A program made the position numbers and the translations under genes. A stretch of DNA of 64,000 nucleotides from Rhodanobacteraceae bacterium (lineage in GTDB: Bacteria; Pseudomonadota; Gammaproteobacteria; Xanthomonadales; SZUA-5), in assembly GCA_016717705.1 (NCBI GenBank), contig JADKFD010000003.1:73892-137891 (forward strand). Reading direction: 5' to 3'. The notes beneath the pieces are model-generated. The model was given only the letters and a program-made list of their open reading frames with translations, searched no databases and was not told the origin of the DNA. Below are positions 37,183 through 45,894 of the stretch, piece by piece. Numbering within the stretch: the stretch's first letter is position 1; the number at the start of each line of letters is the position of its first letter.

Positions 37183-37746
37183 ATGTGCAACGCACTTCGA
37201 TGTGCCCTCGCAGCCACTCTGGTTATTCTGCTGGCGGCGTGCGCACCGCGGATCGAGCCGCGCGCGCAGCCGCAGGCGGTGCCCACTGCGGTGGAGACCG
37301 CCCAAAGCATCTTCGACCAGATCACGACCCTGCATGTCGATGGCTTGCCGAGCGACGAGCAGATGGGCGTGCTGGCCCCGCTGCTGACGACCGAACTGCG
37401 GCAAGCCCTGGAGGCCGCGCGCGACTGGCAACGCAGCGAGATCGAGCGCATGCAGCGCGCGGGCAGCGAGGACAAACCGCCGTTTGTCGAAGGCGATCTG
37501 TTCAGCAGCCTGTTCGAGGGCGCCCAGTCCGCGCGCGCCGTGTCGTCGCAGCCCGATCAGGATCGGATCGTGGTGACGCTCGATCGCAGCTACGGCGAAG
37601 GCGCGGATCGGGTGCAATGGCAGGACCGCGCCGTGCTCAAGCGCGTCGGCGATGCCTATCTGCTCGACGACATCGAATACGGCGGCGATTGGACCTTCCA
37701 GGCGGGCACATCGACGCTGCGCAAGACCCTCGGTCAGCGCGAGTAG
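37183..37746 (+). CDS. Lipoprotein of unknown function
   Basis: MCNALRCALAATLVILLAAC (lipobox LLAAC) from the ATG at 37183. 187 aa, no recognisable catalytic motif. Confidence 0.65.
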   Translation: MCNALRCALAATLVILLAACAPRIEPRAQPQAVPTAVETAQSIFDQITTLHVDGLPSDEQMGVLAPLLTTELRQALEAARDWQRSEIERMQRAGSEDKPPFVEGDLFSSLFEGAQSARAVSSQPDQDRIVVTLDRSYGEGADRVQWQDRAVLKRVGDAYLLDDIEYGGDWTFQAGTSTLRKTLGQRE

Positions 37747-37851
37747 GACCTCGGGCAGCCACGCGCCCGGCCCGATCCGAAGCGGCATCCTGCAACGACA
37801 GCGCCGCTCCGCCCCAGTAGACTGACGGTTTTCCTCACCGGAACCCACCCC

Positions 37852-38637
37852 ATGCAACTCGACCTCACCGGCCGCCATGCGCTGATCGGCGGCGGCAGCC
37901 AGGGCATTGGCCGGGCGGCCGCGCTGGAACTGGCAGCGCTCGGCGCCGACGTCAGCGTGATCGGTCGCGACCCGGCACGGCTCGACGCCACGCTGGCCGC
38001 GCTGAATGGCGTCCGCGCGGGCAATCATCACGCCCTGCTGGCCGACTATGCCGATCGCGCCAGTCTGGAGCGCATTGTCGGCGACTGGCTGGCGCAATCT
38101 CCGGCGCAGATCCTGATCAACAACACCGGCGGTCCGCCGCCGGGACCGATCGAGCTCGCCAGCGAAGCGGCCTTCCTCGACACCTTCGGCCAGCACCTGC
38201 TGTGCAACCAATTGCTGACGCGCCTTTGTCTGCCCGGTATGCGCGCCGCCGGATACGGCCGCATTGTCAACGTGATCTCGACCTCGGTGAAAGAACCGAT
38301 CAAGGGCCTCGGCGTGTCCAACACCGTGCGCGGCGCCGTGGCGTCGTGGGCGAAGACGCTGGCCACTGAACTGGCACCGGAGGGCATCACCGTCAACAAC
38401 GTGCTGCCCGGCTTCACCCGCACGGCGCGGCTGCAGGGTTTGATCGACGGCAAAGTCAAAAGCAGCGGCCAGGGTGAGGATGACGTGGCCAAAGGCATGA
38501 TGAGCGTGGTGCCGATGGGCCGCTTTGCCGATGCCAGCGAAGTGGCCAACGCGATCGCCTTCCTGGCCAGCCCGGCGGCCTCCTACATCACCGGAGTCAG
38601 CATCGCGGTGGATGGCGGGCGTACGCTGGCGCTGTAG
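37852..38637 (+). CDS. SDR family oxidoreductase
   Basis: 261 aa with a Rossmann motif GGGSQGIGRA and an SDR-like body (NVISTSVKEP...). Confidence 0.8.
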   Translation: MQLDLTGRHALIGGGSQGIGRAAALELAALGADVSVIGRDPARLDATLAALNGVRAGNHHALLADYADRASLERIVGDWLAQSPAQILINNTGGPPPGPIELASEAAFLDTFGQHLLCNQLLTRLCLPGMRAAGYGRIVNVISTSVKEPIKGLGVSNTVRGAVASWAKTLATELAPEGITVNNVLPGFTRTARLQGLIDGKVKSSGQGEDDVAKGMMSVVPMGRFADASEVANAIAFLASPAASYITGVSIAVDGGRTLAL

Positions 38638-38660
38638 CGGCGCGCTATGCTGCTTTGGTC

Positions 38661-38799
38661 CCCTCTCCCCGCGAGCGGGGAGAGGGTGGCGCCGCAGGCG
38701 ACGGGTGAGGGGCTGTCCTGACAAAGCAAACGCTTCGTGAGGGAATCCCCCTCATCCGGGTCCTTTGGACCCACCTTCTCCCCGCGCGCGGGGAGAAGG
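38661..38799. repeat. Two REP-type hairpins (CTCCCCGCGAGCGGGGAG type)
   Basis: ccctctccccgcgagcggggagaggg (38661-38686) and ccttctccccgcgcgcggggagaagg (38774-38799), both self-complementary. Confidence 0.75.
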
Positions 38800-38829
38800 A
38801 TTCAGGCTCCCTTTCGACGCGAACTACCC

Positions 38830-40284
38830 ATGCGCGATTCCCTGCTGCGACTGACCAATTTCATCGACGGTGACTACTGCGCGCCGTTGAGCAACGCCTA
38901 TCTGCCGGTGGTCGAACCGGCGACCGGCAAGAGCTTTGCCGAGGTGCCCGATTCGGGCGCCGCGGATATCGATGCCGCCGTCGCAGCGGCGACCCGCGCG
39001 CAGCGCGCCTGGGCGCAGACCGCGCCGAGTCAGCGCGCGGCGTTGCTCAGACGCATTGCCGATGTGATCGAAACGCGCCTGGACGCATTGGCCGAAGAGG
39101 AATCGCGCGACAGCGGCAAGCCGGTGAAGGTGGCGCGCAGCGTCGACATCCCGCGCGCGGTGAGCAATTTCCGTTTCTTTGCGGCGATGGCCGAGAGCTT
39201 CGTCTCCGAGAGCCATCAGGGCGAGGTCGGCACGCTGAACTACACGCTGCGCCAGCCGCTCGGCGTGGTCGGCTGTATCAGCCCGTGGAACCTGCCGCTG
39301 TACCTTTTGACCTGGAAAATCGCGCCGGCGCTGGCGGCCGGCAACTGCGTGATCGCCAAACCGAGCGAAGTGACGCCGGTCAGCGCCTGGTTGCTCGGCG
39401 AGATCGTGCAGGCAGCCGGCTTGCCGCCGGGCGTGCTCAACATCGTCCAGGGCGGCGGGCCGCGCTGCGGTCAGGCACTGGTCACCCACCCGAGAATCAA
39501 GGCGGTCTCGTTCACCGGCAGCACTGCCACCGGCGGCGCCATTGCCGCAGCCACCGCCACCCAGTTCAAGAAGCTGTCGCTGGAGATGGGCGGCAAGAAT
39601 GCCACCGTGGTGTTCGCCGACTGCGATTTCGAGCGCACCGTTACCGAAAGCGTGCGCGCCGCATTTTCCAATCAGGGCCAGATTTGCCTGTGCGGCTCGC
39701 GCATCCTGGTCGAGCGCTCGCTGCTGCCGCGTTTCCGCGAGGCCTTCCTGGCCAAGGTCGCCGAGCTCAAGGTCGGCGATCCGCGCGATCCGGCCAGCGA
39801 TATCGGCGCCGTCGTCTCAGCCGCGCATCTGGCCAAGGTACAGAGTTACATTGCGCTGGCACACGAAGAAGGTGGTCGACTGCTCACCGGCGGCGAGAGG
39901 CTCAAGATCGATGGCCGCTGCGGCGAGGGCTATTTCCTGGCACCGACGGTGTTCGACCAGCTCGACGCCCATTGCCGGGTCAATCAGGAAGAGGTTTTCG
40001 GCCCGTTGGCGACGCTGATCCCCTTCGACGACGAGGCCCAGGCGCTGGCCTTTGCCAACAGCACCCAGTACGGACTGGCCTGTTCCGTGTGGACGCGCGA
40101 CCTGGCCCGTGCGCATCGCTTCGCCGCCGCCGTGGAAGCCGGCGTGGTCTGGATCAACTGCTGGATGGCGCGCGACCTGCGCACGCCGTTTGGCGGAGTC
40201 AAGCACTCCGGCCTGGGTCGCGAAGGTGGCCTGGACGGCATGCGCTTTTTCACTGAGCCGAAGAATGTGGCGATTCATTGTTGA
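38830..40284 (+). CDS. NAD(P)-dependent aldehyde dehydrogenase
   Basis: MRDSLLRLTNFIDGDYCAP... with conserved ...LEMGGKNATVVF... and ...GQICLCGSR... (catalytic Cys). 484 aa from the ATG at 38830. Confidence 0.85.
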   Translation: MRDSLLRLTNFIDGDYCAPLSNAYLPVVEPATGKSFAEVPDSGAADIDAAVAAATRAQRAWAQTAPSQRAALLRRIADVIETRLDALAEEESRDSGKPVKVARSVDIPRAVSNFRFFAAMAESFVSESHQGEVGTLNYTLRQPLGVVGCISPWNLPLYLLTWKIAPALAAGNCVIAKPSEVTPVSAWLLGEIVQAAGLPPGVLNIVQGGGPRCGQALVTHPRIKAVSFTGSTATGGAIAAATATQFKKLSLEMGGKNATVVFADCDFERTVTESVRAAFSNQGQICLCGSRILVERSLLPRFREAFLAKVAELKVGDPRDPASDIGAVVSAAHLAKVQSYIALAHEEGGRLLTGGERLKIDGRCGEGYFLAPTVFDQLDAHCRVNQEEVFGPLATLIPFDDEAQALAFANSTQYGLACSVWTRDLARAHRFAAAVEAGVVWINCWMARDLRTPFGGVKHSGLGREGGLDGMRFFTEPKNVAIHC

Positions 40285-40287
40285 AGC

Positions 40288-40410
40288 GGTGAGTAGTAAG
40301 TAGTGAGTGGTGAGTAAAACCCGGTGATATCGGCGCCTACGGTAATCGCGACGAAGCGGGATGCCCACGGCTGTGCCGGCTCTTACTCACTACTCACTAC
40401 TCACTTATTC
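40288..40410. mobile_element. MITE-like element with GTGAGTA-heptamer terminal arrays (copy 4, smallest), between the aldehyde dehydrogenase and RidA genes
   Basis: ggtgagtagtaagtagtgagtggtgagtaaaacccgg (40288-40324), a 51-bp core, then ccggctcttactcactactcactactcacttattc (40376-40410). The ridA RBS AGGAG follows directly. Confidence 0.65.
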
Positions 40411-40421
40411 AGGAGCGAGCC

Positions 40422-40847
40422 ATGAGCGAGAGCGTCAACGCGACCAACGCCCCCAAACCCGTCGGCAACTACCCGCACGCACGCCGCGTGGGCGAGCTCT
40501 TGTTCCTGTCCGGCATCGGCCCGCGCACGCCGGGCAGCAATGCCATACCGGGCAACGAATACGCCGCCGATGGCAGCCTGACGCGCTACGACATCGCCGC
40601 GCAATGCCATTCGGTGTTCGCCAATGTGCGCGCGGTGCTGGAGGCATCGGGCGCCGGCTGGACCGATCTGATCGACGTGACCGTCTACCTGACCGACATG
40701 GCGCGCGATTTTCCGGTCTACAACCGCATCTGGGCCGAGTATTTCCCCGATCCGGCGACGGCGCCGTGCCGCACGACGCTGGGCATCACCGCCCTGCCGA
40801 CGCCAATCGCGATCGAGTTGAAGTGCGTGGCGCGGGCGGGCGCTTAG
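40422..40847 (+). CDS. RidA/YjgF family (reactive intermediate deaminase-like) protein
   Basis: 141 aa, ...PKPVGNYPHARRVGELLFLSG...DVTVYLTDM...PCRTTLGI...IELKCVA. Confidence 0.8.
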   Translation: MSESVNATNAPKPVGNYPHARRVGELLFLSGIGPRTPGSNAIPGNEYAADGSLTRYDIAAQCHSVFANVRAVLEASGAGWTDLIDVTVYLTDMARDFPVYNRIWAEYFPDPATAPCRTTLGITALPTPIAIELKCVARAGA

Positions 40848-40857
40848 CCGCAAGTGC

Positions 40858-40932
40858 GATCGCGCGCGAGCGCGCTCCTGCAAGCTTGCCGGAAGTCCAC
40901 GCAAGAATTGTAGGAGCGCGCTCGCGCGCGAT
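40858..40932. repeat. REP pair (TGYAGGAGCGCGCTCGCGCGCGAT type) between convergent genes
   Basis: gatcgcgcgcgagcgcgctcctgcaa (40858-40883) and ttgtaggagcgcgctcgcgcgcgat (40908-40932) are inverted copies. Related single copies occur near 7625, 45760 and 63500. Confidence 0.75.
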
Positions 40933-40939
40933 GCTCTAG

Positions 40940-42160
40940 TCAATCCGCTGCAAGCGCCAACCACTCGCGCAGCCGCTCGTAGACATCCGCCCGGCTGAGC
41001 AGATCGAAATGACTGCACTCGTGTGCCAGCCATTGATTCGACGGTGGGATGGCCAGCGCCAGTTCGGGATTGTGGTGCTGGCCGAGCGCGCTTTCGATCG
41101 GCACCAGACCATCGCTGGGCAGTTTTGCGACGTCCACGCCATGGCGGCCGCGAGTCGCTGCGATCGCATGCGCCCGCACGCCCTGCGGTAGCGGTACTGG
41201 CCGGCGCGTGTCGCGACGCTGGCGCCCGCGCGGCTGCGCATCGGTGACGTGGCCGAAACGCAGATCCTTGATGCCGGCGCTGCGGCTTTCGCCCAGGCGC
41301 ATCAACGGCGCGCTGTAAGGGCTGACGCCAATCGCCGTCTCGAACCAGTTGCCGGCCCGCTCCAGCGGCGCGCCGTGATGCGGTGTGCCCAGGAATACCA
41401 GCGCACTCAACTGCTTGACCCAGGCCAATCCTTCAAGCTCGGCCTGGTGCACGGCGCTGCGGGCAACCAACCCGCCCATGCTGTGACCGAGCAGGGTCAG
41501 CGATTCGACCTGGCACGGCCATCGATCCATCAGTTGCTGCAGCAAATGCGCCAGATCGCGACCGTTGTCGGCGACATGCCGCCCGCTGTTGTAGCGCAGA
41601 TACAGCGGCGCATAGCCAAACTCGCGGGCCAGTGCCGCGCCGTGGTCATGGCCCTGGCGCAGCCACTGGCGATCGGTCATGCACAGCCCGTGGATCAGGA
41701 TCAGCGGATGCGGCCCCAGCTCGGCGGGGGCGGGTCCACTCAAGTCCAACGGGTGATCACGCCAGATCAATTGCATCGGTTGCGCCAGCGGGTTGCCGCT
41801 GCGCTCCAGGTGGTCGCCGTAGACACCATTCAACGCGGCAACCACCGCCGCATGCAGCGGCGCCGGCTGCGACTGACCCAGCAGGGGCGTAGCCGCGGCC
41901 AGTGCGGCATCGACACCTTCGCCTACCAGCCGGGTGACACCACGCACGCTCTTGTAGACCAGACCGGCGATGCCCGTGGTCGGGCCGGAGAGCGGCTTGC
42001 CGACCGGCAGCGCGCGTCCGCTGATATTGCGATGCATGGCCTCGACCACATCCGTGACACCGTGCACGGCGTCGATCGCCAGACGACCGACACCACGCAG
42101 GTCATCGCCGTGGCGCCGCGTATGCGGCGGGCGTGTGGTGGATTCAGTCTTCGCGTTCAT
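40940..42160 (-). CDS. Alpha/beta hydrolase (lipase/esterase-like)
   Basis: Nucleophile elbow GHSMGG (LLGHSMGGLVARSA) and oxyanion-type LILIHGL. 406 aa from the ATG at 42160. Confidence 0.7.
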   Translation of the reverse strand: MNAKTESTTRPPHTRRHGDDLRGVGRLAIDAVHGVTDVVEAMHRNISGRALPVGKPLSGPTTGIAGLVYKSVRGVTRLVGEGVDAALAAATPLLGQSQPAPLHAAVVAALNGVYGDHLERSGNPLAQPMQLIWRDHPLDLSGPAPAELGPHPLILIHGLCMTDRQWLRQGHDHGAALAREFGYAPLYLRYNSGRHVADNGRDLAHLLQQLMDRWPCQVESLTLLGHSMGGLVARSAVHQAELEGLAWVKQLSALVFLGTPHHGAPLERAGNWFETAIGVSPYSAPLMRLGESRSAGIKDLRFGHVTDAQPRGRQRRDTRRPVPLPQGVRAHAIAATRGRHGVDVAKLPSDGLVPIESALGQHHNPELALAIPPSNQWLAHECSHFDLLSRADVYERLREWLALAAD

Positions 42161-42378
42161 GGATTGCCTTTCGATTTCGGCTTGGCGTACTTGTAGTCCG
42201 TGGGCTCTGGTGCGATTGCTCGACGGGAGCTTGCGAACGCGTCCAGACTCGGGTGCAACCGTGGTGCATTGCGCCGACGCCGCACAAGAAAGCGCACCAG
42301 AACGGTGCATGCCTCGTTCATTCCTTGACGCGCCGCCCGCGGCTGGGCACGCTCGGATCAGGCAGATGGAAACGTCCC

Positions 42379-43803
42379 ATGCTCGAGAAAGCAGCTTGTT
42401 TCGATGAGATGCTGGGAGACGATGGCACGCGGGCGCCGTATGCGCTGGTCGATGCCTGGCTGAAGTCGCTGCCGCGCGATCAGCTGGAACTGAAACGACG
42501 TGAAGCCGAAGGCCTGTTCCGGCGCATCGGCATCACCTTCGCGGTGTACACCGAAGGTGGCGATCCGGAGCGCCTGATTCCCTTCGACCTGATCCCGCGC
42601 GTACTGGCGCAAGCCGAATGGCAACGCCTGAAGCTCGGTCTGGAACAGCGCGTCAAGGCGCTGAACGCTTTCATCCACGATGTCTATCACGGCCGCGAGA
42701 TCCTGCGCGCCGGCCGCGTGCCCGAGCGCCTGGTGCTGCACAACTCGCAGTTCCGACCGGAAATGGCCGGCTTCGATCTGCCCGGCCACATCTATTCGCA
42801 CATCGCCGGCATCGACATGGTGCGCACCGGCCCCGACCAGTACTACGTGCTGGAGGACAACTGCCGCACGCCGTCCGGCGTGTCCTACATGGTCGAGAAC
42901 CGCGAGGTCATGTTGCGCCTGTTTCCCGACCTGTTCCGCCGTGCCGCGGTAGCGCCAGTGGCCCACTACCCCGACGAATTGCTGGAAACGCTGCGCTCGG
43001 TGCCGCCGCCGAACTGTCGCGGTGAACCGACGGTGGTGCTGCTGACGCCCGGCATTCACAACAGCGCCTACTACGAGCACGCCTTCCTCGCCGACGAGAT
43101 GGGCATCGAACTGGTGGAGGGCGAGGACCTGCTGGTGCAGGGCGACGTCTGCTACATGCGCACCACGCGCGGCCTGGCGCGCGTCGACGTGATCTACCGG
43201 CGCATCGACGACGAATACATCGACCCTTTGGTGTTCCACCCCAACTCCATGCTCGGCGTGCCCGGGCTGTACTTCGCCTATCGCGCCGGCAACGTCAATC
43301 TGGCCAACGCGATCGGCGCCGGCATCGCCGACGACAAGGCGGTCTACATCCATGTGCCGGAGATGATCCGCTTCTATCTCGGCGAGGAACCGTTGCTGTC
43401 GAATGTACCGACTTACGATTGCCGGCTGCCGGATGACCTGAAATACGTGCTGGCGCACCTCGATGAACTGGTGGTCAAGGCGGTGCACGGCTCGGGCGGC
43501 TACGGCATGCTGGTCGGCCCGCACGCCACGCAGGGGCAACTGGCGGAATTCAGGGCGCTGCTCAAGGCGCGTCCATACGACTACATCGCGCAACCGACGC
43601 TGTCGCTGTCGACGGTACCCACCTTCGTCGAGCAGGGCATCGCGCCGCGCCATGTCGATCTGCGTCCCTTCGTGCTGTCAGGCGGTGATCGCATCCGCAT
43701 CGTCCCCGGCGGACTGACGCGGGTGGCATTGCGCGAAGGCTCGCTGGTGGTGAATTCCTCCCAGGGCGGAGGCACCAAGGACACCTGGGTGTTGGAGGGC
43801 TGA
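42379..43803 (+). CDS. Circularly permuted type-2 ATP-grasp protein
   Basis: MLEKAACFDEMLGDDGTRAPYALV...GITFAVYTEGGDPERLIPFDLIPRVL..., 474 aa from the ATG at 42379. The family is recognised by overall sequence pattern and the conserved neighbourhood with the alpha-E and transglutaminase genes. Confidence 0.8.
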   Translation: MLEKAACFDEMLGDDGTRAPYALVDAWLKSLPRDQLELKRREAEGLFRRIGITFAVYTEGGDPERLIPFDLIPRVLAQAEWQRLKLGLEQRVKALNAFIHDVYHGREILRAGRVPERLVLHNSQFRPEMAGFDLPGHIYSHIAGIDMVRTGPDQYYVLEDNCRTPSGVSYMVENREVMLRLFPDLFRRAAVAPVAHYPDELLETLRSVPPPNCRGEPTVVLLTPGIHNSAYYEHAFLADEMGIELVEGEDLLVQGDVCYMRTTRGLARVDVIYRRIDDEYIDPLVFHPNSMLGVPGLYFAYRAGNVNLANAIGAGIADDKAVYIHVPEMIRFYLGEEPLLSNVPTYDCRLPDDLKYVLAHLDELVVKAVHGSGGYGMLVGPHATQGQLAEFRALLKARPYDYIAQPTLSLSTVPTFVEQGIAPRHVDLRPFVLSGGDRIRIVPGGLTRVALREGSLVVNSSQGGGTKDTWVLEG

Positions 43804-44744
43804 TGCTCGCGCGCACCGCCGAAAGTCTGTTCTGGCTGGCCCGCTACCTGGAGCGCGCCGACTACGTGGCGCGTCTGCTGCAAGGTGCCGCGCACATGAG
43901 CGCGGCGCGCGTGGATGCCGATCGCAGCAGCGAATGGGAGTCGGCGATCATCGCCGCCGGCTGCCAACCGGCATTCGCTGCCGAACATGCACAGGTTTCG
44001 GCGGCAGCGGTCATCCACTACCTGGCCTTCGACACGCGCAATCCGTCGTCGATCGTCAGTTGCATCGAGACCGCGCGGCGCAATGCGCGCACCGTGCGCA
44101 CGGCGCTGACGGCCGACATGTGGGACGCGGTCAACGGCACCTGGCTGGAACTGCGAGGTTTCGATCCGAGCCAGCTCGACGACGATCGCGTGGCGGCTTT
44201 CCTGGACTGGGTCAAGCTGCGTTCGCGGCTGTTCCACGGCGTCTACACCAGCACCATGCTGCGCGCCGACGGCTTCCATTTCACCCGGCTCGGACAATTC
44301 CTGGAGCGCGCCGACAACAGCGCGCGCCTGCTCGACGTCAAGTACCACGTGCGCCTGCCGAATCCGGAGGACGTCGGTGGACTGGTCGACTACTACCAGT
44401 GGCTGGCGATCCTGCGTGTGGTCGGCGCCAGGCGCGCCTACCGCGTGCTGTTCAAGGGCCAGGTGACCCCGATCCACGTCGCCGAACTGATGATTCTGCG
44501 CGCGGAATTTCCGCGCTCGCTGGTGTTCTGCTTCGAGCAGATCACCATGCAACTGGATCAGATCAATGGACAGGATCCGCTGCGTAGCGCCGAGGGCAAG
44601 CGCCTGGCGCACTCGCTCTACGCGCAACTGCGCTTTGGCCGCATCGACCACATCTTCAGCAGCGGGCTGCACGAGTATCTGACCGATGTCATCGAGCGCA
44701 GCGACGAACTGGGGCGGGAGATTGCCAATGGGTATTTGTTCTGA
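43803..44744 (+). CDS. Alpha-E domain protein
   Basis: MLARTAESLFWLARYLERADYVARLL... is the typical alpha-E N-terminus. TGATG overlap with the ATP-grasp gene. Confidence 0.8.
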   Translation: MLARTAESLFWLARYLERADYVARLLQGAAHMSAARVDADRSSEWESAIIAAGCQPAFAAEHAQVSAAAVIHYLAFDTRNPSSIVSCIETARRNARTVRTALTADMWDAVNGTWLELRGFDPSQLDDDRVAAFLDWVKLRSRLFHGVYTSTMLRADGFHFTRLGQFLERADNSARLLDVKYHVRLPNPEDVGGLVDYYQWLAILRVVGARRAYRVLFKGQVTPIHVAELMILRAEFPRSLVFCFEQITMQLDQINGQDPLRSAEGKRLAHSLYAQLRFGRIDHIFSSGLHEYLTDVIERSDELGREIANGYLF

Positions 44745-44908
44745 GCATCGGCGGTTCGTAGCGTCGAACAACTCGTTGCTGCATGCGCGAGCCGGGCGCT
44801 TGCGCGCGAACGGGGTGCCCGCGTCGGCCATCGCGCGCCAGCACGTGCCCTACGGGTTGCAGCCGGGCGGAAGCCCTGGCATCGCCCATCCCAGCCCCGA
44901 GGCGCCCG

Positions 44909-45712
44909 ATGCACCTGACCATCCACCACGACACGCTGTATCGCTACGGCGAGGCCGCCCATCGGGTGTTCCAGGCTTTGCGCCTGTGGCCGATTCCGGG
45001 TGGTGGCCAGGTGATCCGCGACTGGCGCGTCGAGATCGATGGTCGCAAGCTGCGCCCCACCTGTCGCGATGGATTCGGCAATCCGGCGGCTACGCACGTG
45101 ATCGACGGGCCGGTGGCGGCGCTGTCGATCGTGGTCCACGCCGAAGTCGACACCCAGGACCGCCAGGGCGTGCTCGGCGATGCCATCGAGTCGCTGCCGC
45201 CGCTGTTCTATCTCAATGCGAGCGAGCTGACGGCGATCGACCCCGCGCTGCAAGCACTGGCCGATGAACAGGCCGACCCCAGCGGCGGCGAGATCGCCCA
45301 GTTGCACCGGCTTTGCGCCAGCGTGCGCGAACGCGTCGACTATCGAACGGACAGCACGCATGTGGCCACCTCGGCGGCCGAAGCGCTGGCCAACGGCGCC
45401 GGTGTCTGCCAGGACCACGCCCACGTGCTGATTGCATCCGCGCGCGCGCTGGGATTCCCCGCGCGTTACGTCAGCGGCTATCTGTGCGCCAATGCCGAAG
45501 GCGCCGCTGCCAGCCACGCCTGGGCCGAAATCCACGTCAACCACCTCGGCTGGGTCGGCTTCGACGCCGCCAACCAGATGTGCCCCGACGAGCGCTACGT
45601 GCGCGTCGCCGTCGGCCGCGATTATCGCGATGCCGCCCCGGTGCGCGGCGTGCGCATGGGTGGGCTGGCGGAAACCCTGGACGTGCAGGTGCGGATTGGC
45701 GAAGGGCAGTAG
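44909..45712 (+). CDS. Transglutaminase-like cysteine peptidase family protein
   Basis: MHLTIHHDTLYRYGEAAHRV... with a Bact_transglu_N-like start and a catalytic-core-like GAGVCQDHAHVLIASARALGFPARYVSGY. 267 aa from the ATG at 44909. Confidence 0.8.
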   Translation: MHLTIHHDTLYRYGEAAHRVFQALRLWPIPGGGQVIRDWRVEIDGRKLRPTCRDGFGNPAATHVIDGPVAALSIVVHAEVDTQDRQGVLGDAIESLPPLFYLNASELTAIDPALQALADEQADPSGGEIAQLHRLCASVRERVDYRTDSTHVATSAAEALANGAGVCQDHAHVLIASARALGFPARYVSGYLCANAEGAAASHAWAEIHVNHLGWVGFDAANQMCPDERYVRVAVGRDYRDAAPVRGVRMGGLAETLDVQVRIGEGQ

Positions 45713-45821
45713 CGCTATCGGTTGCCGGATTTCGGATTTCGGTTGACGGAACAACGCCATCGCGCGCGAGCGCGCTCCTGCAATTCTTGCGTCCTGGCGA
45801 GGTTGTAGGCAGCGCTCGCTG

Positions 45822-45873
45822 CCCCCCCGGGGGGGGGGCCGGGGGGGGGTTGGGGGGGGGGGGGGGGGGGGGG
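45822..45873. other. Homopolymer block (C7, G10, G9, G22); probable sequence artefact
   Basis: Read directly: gcccccccggggggggggccgggggggggttgggggggggggggggggggggg. The G run is 22 nt (45852-45873). It ends 22 nt before the stop of the minus-strand gene at 45895. Confidence 0.7.
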
Positions 45874-45894
45874 ACCGCCCACAGACAGCGCGGA

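Noticed and set aside
45822-45873. Poly-G/poly-C tracts (45852-45873, 61154-61179, 24409-24434) as phase-variation switches or G-quadruplex regulators.
   Set aside because: The tracts are much longer than known contingency-locus tracts and are not placed in a promoter spacer or the 5' coding region of a surface gene. They co-occur with other degenerate blocks and indel errors. They are kept as findings only so that they get resequenced.
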